A DNA stretch of 64,000 nucleotides, taken from a bacterium (GTDB taxonomy: Bacteria; Patescibacteriota; Minisyncoccia; Phycocordibacterales; VMGT01). Shown piece after piece: positions 56,925-64,000 of this stretch; positions within the stretch are counted from its first letter, which is position 1; each line of letters opens with the position of its first letter. The notes under the pieces are model-generated. The model was given only the letters and a program-made list of their open reading frames with translations, searched no databases and had not been told where the DNA came from. The stretch is from assembly GCA_030697645.1 (NCBI GenBank), contig JAUYPI010000008.1, positions 4,301 through 68,300 of the forward strand. Reading direction: 5' to 3'. The position numbers were made by a program, and so were the translations under genes.

Positions 56925-58601
56925 ATGGTTCGCAAACTGTTTTCATTTTTGTCTCGAGAAACGAGCGGCCTTCACTCGGCCGCTCTTCTTTTGGCCGGCT
57001 CGGCACTGGCCTCGCAGCTCCTCGGCCTTCTGCGCGACCGACTCCTCGCGCATACCTTCGGCGCAAGTACCGAGCTTGACCTCTACTTTGCGGCATTCAG
57101 GATCCCGGATTTGATTTTCGTCGGCTTCACCTCGCTCGTTTCACTCTCGGTCCTGATCCCCGTGCTTGCACGGGTGCTTGAGCGCGGCTCGGAGGAGGCA
57201 CGGCGTTTTCTTGACAGCATGTTTACGGTCTTTCTCGTCGCGATGCTCCTCGTGTGCACTCTGGCTTATCTTGCGCTGCCGGCACTCGTGCGGATTTTCT
57301 TCAGCGGCTTCCCCACGGAGCTCGCGGCGCGCGAGCTCGTAGAGCTCTCGCGCATGCTCCTACTCTCACCGCTTCTCCTTGGCATCTCGAGCCTCTTTGC
57401 GGGCATCACACAGACGCACCGCGTGTTTATGCTCTATGCGCTCTCGCCGCTTTTCTATAATGTCGGCATTATCTGCGGCGTGCTGTTTTTGTATCCTATC
57501 TACGGTCTCGGAGGGCTTGGCGCTGGCGTTATTCTGGGGGCCTTGTTCCATGCATCGATCCAGCTACCGTTTCTCCTGCGGCGCGGCTTACTGCCGCGCC
57601 TTACTCTGCGGCCGGCGTTTAGGAACGTGCGCCGCGTATTCGTGCTTTCGCTTCCACGCTCGCTCGCGCTCTCAGCGCAGCAGATCGCCATGCTCGTTCT
57701 CGTCTCTCTTGCGACACGTCTCTCCCAAGGCTCGGTTGCTGCCCTCTCGCTTAGCTTCAACCTCCAGTCCGTGCCGCTCTCTATCATCGGCGTTGCGTAC
57801 GCGACTGCGGCATTCCCGACACTCGCGCGCCTTGCGGCGCGTGGCGAGCGTGAGGTGTTCCTCGAGCGAGTGGCGTCAGCGCTGCGCCACGTTATTTTTT
57901 GGTCATTGCCGGTTTTAGTTTTGTTTATTGTTCTCCGGGCGCACCTCGTGCGGCTTATCCTCGGGAGCGGGGCGTTTGATTGGGACGCCACGCGGCTCGT
58001 TGCAGCCCTGCTCGCCGCGTTCGGACTCTCAATCGTCGCGCAGTCGGTGAATATACTCTTATTACGCGCATGGTACGCTCTCGGCGAAACGTGGAAGCCG
58101 CTCATGGCCCAATTTTTTTCCGCATTTATTACGATCGCCTTTGCAATGCTCGCGGTGCGATCTTTTGAGGAACACACTGCTCTTCGTACACTCGTCGAAC
58201 AGATCTTTCGAATCGAGGGAGTGCGCGGGAGCGGCACGCTTGCGCTCGCGCTCTCCTTCAGCATCGGGTCACTCGCGGGCGCTACGGCGCTCTGGATATT
58301 TTTTGAGAGGAAAGTCGGCGGGCTTTTTCGCGAGATACGCGGAAGCCTCTTTGAGAGCGCACTCGCGAGCGTCCTCCTCGGCGGCACCGTGCTTCTCATC
58401 CTACGGCTCTTTGCTGGAGCGGTCACCCTCTCGACATTCTGGGGAGTGCTCACCCACGTCGCTCTTGCCGCACTCGGCGGCGTCACTGTAGCGCTCTCGG
58501 CCCTCATCGCGCTCCGCAACCGCGAGCTTCTCGAGCTTGTGCACGCGCTCAAGAGTCGCATCCGCAGTCCCACCCCCATCGCCGTCGAGATGCGGATGTA
58601 G
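56925..58601 (+). CDS. murJ: Lipid II flippase MurJ
   Basis: SQLLGLLRDRLLA..FGAS.ELD.YFAAFRIPD, P....G......FP. Confidence 0.93.
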   Translation: MVRKLFSFLSRETSGLHSAALLLAGSALASQLLGLLRDRLLAHTFGASTELDLYFAAFRIPDLIFVGFTSLVSLSVLIPVLARVLERGSEEARRFLDSMFTVFLVAMLLVCTLAYLALPALVRIFFSGFPTELAARELVELSRMLLLSPLLLGISSLFAGITQTHRVFMLYALSPLFYNVGIICGVLFLYPIYGLGGLGAGVILGALFHASIQLPFLLRRGLLPRLTLRPAFRNVRRVFVLSLPRSLALSAQQIAMLVLVSLATRLSQGSVAALSLSFNLQSVPLSIIGVAYATAAFPTLARLAARGEREVFLERVASALRHVIFWSLPVLVLFIVLRAHLVRLILGSGAFDWDATRLVAALLAAFGLSIVAQSVNILLLRAWYALGETWKPLMAQFFSAFITIAFAMLAVRSFEEHTALRTLVEQIFRIEGVRGSGTLALALSFSIGSLAGATALWIFFERKVGGLFREIRGSLFESALASVLLGGTVLLILRLFAGAVTLSTFWGVLTHVALAALGGVTVALSALIALRNRELLELVHALKSRIRSPTPIAVEMRM

Positions 58602-58711
58602 GTTGAGTATGCGTTACTCAAAAATGCCGCAGCGTTATAGTATGCCGACTGCAATGAAACGTATGTATAATCACAAGCGAGCGGAAAGCGAAAAGAGGAC
58701 TTTTACCAAAG

Positions 58712-58850
58712 ATGAGAAAAGATGCACTGTTCGGAAAGGTGCGAAAAGCACGGGGAACAATCCTTCACGCACTGGCAAAACAGAAGGAATGTGAAATAAT
58801 CGAAGGACACGTGATGCCCGATCATGTCCACGTGCTCACTGAAATGACGT
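58712..58850 (+). pseudogene. IS200/IS605 TnpA (HUH transposase) fragment
   Basis: CEIIEGHVMPDHVHVL with HUH motif; homology ends at the tRNA 3' end. Confidence 0.75.
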
Positions 58851-58852
58851 TA

Positions 58853-58926
58853 TGGTGCCGATGGGAGGAATCGGACCTCCTTCTGAGCTTTATGAGGGCT
58901 CTGCTTTACCATTAAGCTACATCGGC
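58853..58926 (-). tRNA. tRNA with CAT anticodon (elongator Met or Ile2)
   Basis: Reverse strand: GCCGATG..AGCTTAATGGTAAAGC..GAGCC-CTCATAA-AGCTC..GGAGG-TCCGATT-CCTCC-CATCGGC-A-CCA. Confidence 0.88.
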
Positions 58927-59486
58927 GTCTTCCATTCTTCATCGCTTCTATAAGCCCTACTATGCGATATCGTAGGTATGTGTTTCGTCGTATTCGCAAA
59001 GATAGTATACCCTAGAAGTAGTTCCGACTTTCCCCCAATCACGCTATACTGTATAGGCATTATCAGCCTTAATGGCTAGGGTTGGTATAAAAGCGTACAC
59101 CGTACAAACTTAATAGTCTGTGGCTTGACACGAATGGACATGTGAATGTGGAATGTGAATGGGGTCAGACAGCACTTCAGTATGTCTATGCTATAATATA
59201 CTGCTTAACAAAAATATCTATACAAAAAAACTGCCTGAATATTGAGTTTACTCTTGTAGACTGATTTTGTATACCAACCGTCGCCAAAAATCCCGTCCGT
59301 CCCCGCAAGAACACGGCGGAATGGTGTGGGAGGAATTCCGCCGCGCCCGAGCGTTCCGCCGGAGCGCCTGCCCGCCGAAGCCTCGGCGCAGGCGGGAAGC
59401 GGAGGCGGTCAGTTCCCTTCAAAAAATGTTCGAGCAGAGTTGTATAATTCTACCATCTCACGAAAAATATCGCTCCAATCAAGTGT

Positions 59487-59999
59487 ATGCTAGATAAAGG
59501 ACCGGTTTTCCCACCAAAAAGACGAGTCAGGCGCTTACAGGCACTGGTCGGCACCGTACTTGTTGTGCTTGCTGCCATATTATTTATCGTTTCGCGCTAT
59601 TCCGCGGGGGAAGGAGATGCTATTGCGCTTGATTTTATCCCAAAAACTGCTTATTTTGAGCGCCCAGACACCCTAATCGAGCTCGAGGTAGCAACATCAA
59701 CCGAGGCACGTACCCGAGGCCTTAGTGGGCGCGAGAAGCTCGCGGAAAATAAAGCTCTGCTCATGGTGTTCCCGGAGGATGGTGCGTACGGAATCTGGAT
59801 GAAAGACATGCTCTTCTCGATTGATGTGCTCTGGCTCGATTCAAAGGGCAGGATCACTGACTTTGTGGAGCGGATGGCGCCGGAGACGTATCCGCTGTCA
59901 TTTGTGCCGAGCGGGAAAGTGCGCTATGTCATTGAGGCGAGCGCGGGGTTTGTCGCGGAGCACGGAATAGCCGCCGGCGACGTGGTTGTTTTTGAGTAA
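59487..59999 (+). CDS. DUF192 family protein
   Basis: EVA..RTRGLSGR, WMKDM.F.IDVLWLD, YVIE..AG. Confidence 0.9.
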   Translation: MLDKGPVFPPKRRVRRLQALVGTVLVVLAAILFIVSRYSAGEGDAIALDFIPKTAYFERPDTLIELEVATSTEARTRGLSGREKLAENKALLMVFPEDGAYGIWMKDMLFSIDVLWLDSKGRITDFVERMAPETYPLSFVPSGKVRYVIEASAGFVAEHGIAAGDVVVFE

Positions 60000-60192
60000 G
60001 CGTCAATAGTAAAAAAAAGGTTATTCTGAAATGCTCGTGCCTGACCGGCGCCCCATATTTCCGCCGCCCTCGGCTCGATCGTAGGAAGCGTGGGGGGCTA
60101 CAGTTGTGTCGGCAGCGTGTTTTTATACCCGCTGCCGATTTTGTTTTTTGTGCTACACTCACTGTAGAAAAAAACTATCAATGGAGGACACG

Positions 60193-60534
60193 ATGATGTC
60201 GACTTTGATCATTAACGGTTTTGAGTTTCCTGTCACTAATTACACGGTGACGTCACCGAGCGAGGTGCTCGTCAAACGGCTTGGTTTGGAGCGCGTTGAC
60301 CTCCATCGTGCCGAGATGCCTTTTGAAACGATGTTTGGAAAGTCACGGCCGGCTCTCCGCATGTTCATTTTTTATACACGATGCGTGGTACGCGCCGGTG
60401 AGAGAGTGTGGGCACCGTTTGCCGCATGGTGCTGGGGGTTGCCGGGGTTTGGTCTGAAGATTGGTGTTGTATACCACGGGGGCAACGATATAGTGCCGTA
60501 CCAGACGTTTTACCTCTGCGGCACTCTTGGTTGA
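60193..60534 (+). CDS. Hypothetical protein
   Basis: GGAGG RBS before ATG; no motif. Confidence 0.5.
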   Translation: MMSTLIINGFEFPVTNYTVTSPSEVLVKRLGLERVDLHRAEMPFETMFGKSRPALRMFIFYTRCVVRAGERVWAPFAAWCWGLPGFGLKIGVVYHGGNDIVPYQTFYLCGTLG

Positions 60535-60738
60535 ACAATGGCGATACGTCTTGGAAAGACGCTCTTTCGCATGAATGATGTGCAGAACCCCACGCTCAGC
60601 GTATTTACGCTCCTTGACCAAGACCGCCGTCCTCTTGGCGATGATATTGGCGTTGACGATACGCCGATCGAGTTTTTCTGTCGCCAGTATGGCAAGGGTG
60701 ATCGATTTTAGTACGCCGCAGAGTGAAGGAGGTACTTT

Positions 60739-60990
60739 ATGCCGAATGTTATGTACACGATCGAAGCGCCAGATGGTCAGCCGACAATGGCCGAGGTAGC
60801 GCAGCTGTTGCAAGTGCAAGAGTCTGATCTCGATTCGAGCTTTAGCGTCGTCCTCATCGACCCCAAGCGTGGCCTCTACACAGTGCGCATACGTGAGCAG
60901 TCGGGTGCCCATCCCTATACGACCGGCCCGCGGCTCAAAGGTCCATTTGCCGATCCTGGCATTGCCCATTTCGGACCGTTGCAGTCCTAG
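60739..60990 (+). CDS. Hypothetical protein
   Basis: GAAGGAGGT RBS; followed by hairpin and T-run at about 61030-61064. Confidence 0.65.
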   Translation: MPNVMYTIEAPDGQPTMAEVAQLLQVQESDLDSSFSVVLIDPKRGLYTVRIREQSGAHPYTTGPRLKGPFADPGIAHFGPLQS

Positions 60991-61081
60991 GCGTTTAGTC
61001 CCGCGTACCGGGTTCCGCCGTCCAACCATTGGCGCCTCATTACGGATAGTGGGGCGCTTTTTTTGTATAATGGAGCGCGTT

Positions 61082-61906
61082 ATGAAGCCGGACCGCATCA
61101 GAGTGTTGCGTCGCGTTGTCTGGCGTTATTATCGTCGGGCGGGGCGGGATTTGCCGTGGCGACGGACAAGAAATCCGTACCGGATTTTGGTCTCCGAAGT
61201 GATGCTCCAACAGACGCAAGCTGAACGAGTGCTGTCGAAGTATCGCGAGTTTCTCCATCGCTTCCCGACTGTTCGTGCCCTTGCCGAGGCGTCGCTCTCC
61301 GAGGTACTTCGTGCCTGGTCCGGCCTCGGGTACAACCGCCGTGCGCTTTTCCTCAAGACAGCGGCGGAAATTATTCTGGCCGAGCATGGCGGCCGCGTGC
61401 CGCGGCGCTCTGCGGCGCTCGAGCGGCTTCCGGGCGTCGGCGCGTACACGGCGCGGGCGATCCTCTGTTTTGCGTTTGACGAGCCGACGGTGTTCCTCGA
61501 GACGAACATCCGCACGGTTTTTATCCACCATTTTTTTGCTGAGCGCATCAGGCGGGGAAGTGGAGTGAGCGACCGTGAGCTCCTACCGCTCATTGGAGCG
61601 TCGCTTGATCGCCGCGATCCTCGCGAGTGGTACTTCGCGCTCATGGACTATGGCGCACATCTCAAACAAACGGTCGGGAACGTCTCGCGCGCGAGCACAC
61701 AATACGCGCGGCAGAGCGCGTTTCGCGGCTCCGCGCGCGAAGCGCGCGGCCGCACGCTGAAGCTTCTTGTCGTTCGCGCGATGTCGGAGACTGAGCTCGT
61801 GCGTCTTTCGACGCTGCCGCGCGATCGGATCCGTCGCGCGCTCGCCTCGCTCGCGCGCGACGGACTCGTCGAAAAGACGGGGAAGCGCTACGCACTCACG
61901 GCGTAG
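61082..61906 (+). CDS. mutY: A/G-specific adenine glycosylase (short form)
   Basis: RDLPWR, SEVMLQQTQ, WSGLGYNRRA, HhH LPGVGAYTA, ALMDYG. Confidence 0.9.
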   Translation: MKPDRIRVLRRVVWRYYRRAGRDLPWRRTRNPYRILVSEVMLQQTQAERVLSKYREFLHRFPTVRALAEASLSEVLRAWSGLGYNRRALFLKTAAEIILAEHGGRVPRRSAALERLPGVGAYTARAILCFAFDEPTVFLETNIRTVFIHHFFAERIRRGSGVSDRELLPLIGASLDRRDPREWYFALMDYGAHLKQTVGNVSRASTQYARQSAFRGSAREARGRTLKLLVVRAMSETELVRLSTLPRDRIRRALASLARDGLVEKTGKRYALTA

Positions 61907-61961
61907 CGTCGTCTGACTGCTTCCTTTTAATGAAACTGATGATGAAACTGAAAAATAAAAG

Positions 61962-61999
61962 ATTTGCAATAACTATGCGATCGCATTATTATTGCAAAT
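61962..61999. repeat. 38-bp palindrome, copy 3
   Basis: ATTTGCAATAACTATGCGATCGCATTATTATTGCAAAT. Confidence 0.9.
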
Positions 62000-62148
62000 T
62001 TTTCAACTCGTTCAGAATAGACCTCTTGCATAACCCCCCCCTCGCGCGAAAATGGTTTGGCTCGCAAAAGGTGGCTAAAATAGACAGAAGTGGTAAATTA
62101 CAATTGGTGCAGTGACCTTTGATAATTGCATAAGACAGGAGAACACAC

Positions 62149-63525
62149 GTGAAAATGCGTGATGTATTCGACAGTCTCTCGCCGGCTGACTACCGGTACT
62201 GGGATAAAGAAGTGGCGAAGTATCTCTCCGAGAACGGGTTCACTCGCTACAAGCTCCTCGTGGAGCGTGCTCTCGTGAGAGCTCTCGCGCGCCGCGGACT
62301 GTGTTCCACGGAAGTTGTCCAAGAAGTTGAGACGGCTTGCGGCCAAGTAACCACCGAGGAAGTGTACGAGGAAGAAGATCGAATTCGACATGACATCCGT
62401 GCGCTCGTAAATCGTATTCTCGTCAAAGTCAGTAAAAGTGCAAAGCCGTACGTGCACATGACGGCGACTTCGTGCGATATTATTGATTCGGCGAATGCCG
62501 CTCGCTACAAAGACGTCGTCGAGCAAGTACTGGTTCCTTCGCTCACAAAACTGGAAGGAGTGCTCATCGACATCTCGCTCCGCGAAGCGGAAACGGTGCA
62601 GGTCGGCAGGACGCACGGCCAGCACGCGGTGCCGATTACGTTTGGCTTCGCGCTCGCCGAATATGTCAGTCGTCTTGGCGGGTCCATTGAAGCACTGAAA
62701 GCACTCGCCGCGAATCTTCCGGGCAAGTTTTCAGGGGCGGTTGGAGCGTACAATGCTTCCTCGCTGTTCTTCGACGACCCCGAAGGTTTCGAGGCGGAAG
62801 TGCTTGCCGAGTTGGGACTCGTGCCAGCCGAGCACTCGACGCAAATCGTGCCGCCGGAGGCACTGACACGTCTTTTCTGCGAAATTACAATCGCAGCGGG
62901 TATTCTCGCCAATTTGTCCGATGACATGCGACATCTCCAGCGGACGGAGATCGGAGAAGTGGGCGAGGAGTTTGAGGCGGCGCAAGTCGGTTCTTCAACC
63001 ATGCCGCAAAAACGAAACCCTATAAACTTCGAGAACGCCAAGAGTTTATGGAAGGTGGTCCTGCCGCGAATCATAACGGTGTTCCTGGACCAGATCAGCG
63101 AACACCAGCGCGACCTAACCAACTCTGCGTCTGGGCGGACGTATGGCGAGATCATCGCATACGTCGTTTCGATGGCCAAGCGGCTCACGCGAACAATGAG
63201 CAAGCTCAAGGTTGATCGCGGGAACCTTCTGAAGAACCTCGAGATGACAAAAGGAGCAATTGTCGCCGAGCCGTTGCAGCTCATTCTTGCCGCGCAGGGA
63301 CACCCCGATGCGCACGAGAAGGTGCGGACGCTTACTCTTCAAGCGGAGCGCGAGAAGCGACCGCTTGAAGAAGTGGTCGTCGGCGATGTTGAGGTGAAGG
63401 ACTACCTCAAAAAGATGACGCCGTACCAACGGCAGATTCTGTCGAGTCCGTCTCTCTACACCGGCATCGCCGCCAAGAAAGCAAGAGCTGTCGCCGAGCG
63501 GTGGAAACAGAAACTCGAATTATAG
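62149..63525 (+). CDS. purB: Adenylosuccinate lyase
   Basis: RHD, HMTATSCD, GRTHGQHA.P, GAVG, GSSTMPQKRNP, HQRDL. Confidence 0.95.
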   Translation: MKMRDVFDSLSPADYRYWDKEVAKYLSENGFTRYKLLVERALVRALARRGLCSTEVVQEVETACGQVTTEEVYEEEDRIRHDIRALVNRILVKVSKSAKPYVHMTATSCDIIDSANAARYKDVVEQVLVPSLTKLEGVLIDISLREAETVQVGRTHGQHAVPITFGFALAEYVSRLGGSIEALKALAANLPGKFSGAVGAYNASSLFFDDPEGFEAEVLAELGLVPAEHSTQIVPPEALTRLFCEITIAAGILANLSDDMRHLQRTEIGEVGEEFEAAQVGSSTMPQKRNPINFENAKSLWKVVLPRIITVFLDQISEHQRDLTNSASGRTYGEIIAYVVSMAKRLTRTMSKLKVDRGNLLKNLEMTKGAIVAEPLQLILAAQGHPDAHEKVRTLTLQAEREKRPLEEVVVGDVEVKDYLKKMTPYQRQILSSPSLYTGIAAKKARAVAERWKQKLEL

Positions 63526-63544
63526 ACCAAAAAGGAAGGGTGAA

Positions 63545-64000
63545 ATGGACAGTGTACGCGCAGGAAGATTAGCATCAGAAGGGAAGACGAAAAGAATTTG
63601 GGAAACAAAAGGACAGCCGTTGCACGTTGTCGTCGAGTCGAAAGATGATTTGACTGCCGGTGACGGCGCAAAGCACGATGTCATCAACGGTAAAGCGTCG
63701 CTCTCGAACCGAACGACATCGAACGTCTTCCGGCTTCTCAAAGAATGCGGACTGCCGGTGGCGTTTGTCGAGGAAATAGACGAGACACGATTTCTCGCCG
63801 AGCGCTGCGCCATGATCCCCTACGAGGTAGTGGTGAGGCGAGAAGCGCACGGTTCTTTCCTCAAACGGCATCCGGGACTTCCGAAGGGGCATATCTTTCC
63901 GCGTCTGCTCCTCGAGTTTTTTCTCAAGACGTCGGGGAGGCACTGGAAAGACATTGATCTCCCCAAAGACGACCCATTCCTACGCTTCGATGGAGACCGC
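63545..64000 (+). CDS. purC: SAICAR synthetase (partial, runs off the window)
   Basis: Manual translation: EGKTKRI..KDDLTAGDG..GKA..IPYEVVVRR..GSF..EFFLK. Confidence 0.88.
   Translation, partial: MDSVRAGRLASEGKTKRIWETKGQPLHVVVESKDDLTAGDGAKHDVINGKASLSNRTTSNVFRLLKECGLPVAFVEEIDETRFLAERCAMIPYEVVVRREAHGSFLKRHPGLPKGHIFPRLLLEFFLKTSGRHWKDIDLPKDDPFLRFDGDR

Noticed and set aside
57500-58654. 384-aa reverse-strand ORF
   Set aside because: Antisense shadow of murJ in GC-rich sequence with no motifs; likewise 11804-13039 (pdh) and 30902-31840 (dsbA).
61082-61906. mutY as a pseudogene (no Fe-S cysteines or C-terminal domain)
   Set aside because: The ORF is intact with the catalytic core; short MutY-like forms are known.
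1-64000. Alternative genetic code or diversity-generating retroelement
   Set aside because: Conserved genes end properly at TGA (e.g. dnaG, rpoD, pyrG); no reverse transcriptase or adenine-specific TR/VR pair seen.

Overview
Bacterial chromosome segment, standard code 11. Gene content and style suggest a Patescibacteria/CPR (Parcubacteria-like) genome, which is an inference. Housekeeping genes: a truncated dcw cluster (mraZ-rsmH-ftsL-ftsI), scpB, thiI, dnaG-rpoD, rpsU, lepB, pth, prfB, ftsEX, pyrG, htrA, murJ, mutY, purM, purB and a partial purC, plus tRNA-Tyr(GTA), tRNA-Gln(CTG) and a tRNA(CAT). Metabolic clusters: a fused pyruvate dehydrogenase E1 alpha/beta, an alpha-glucan cluster (GT4, GH57, GH15) and a copper/redox cluster containing a CcdA-multicopper oxidase fusion. 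Most notable observations: (1) a dispersed set of intercistronic fold-back elements whose arms are built from several unrelated 7-nt tandem repeats, many of which share a CACGACG-like central core; (2) an island after tRNA-Gln encoding a MoxR-type AAA+ ATPase, a vWA/HExxH metallopeptidase and a SAM-synthetase homologue with altered methionine-binding residues; (3) an MNT-HEPN module flanked by a 65-bp duplication of the ftsE 5' end; (4) a four-copy 38-bp palindrome with compensatory changes; (5) a LAGLIDADG-like ORF overlapping tRNA-Tyr. All calls come from manual motif recognition; no database searches were run.
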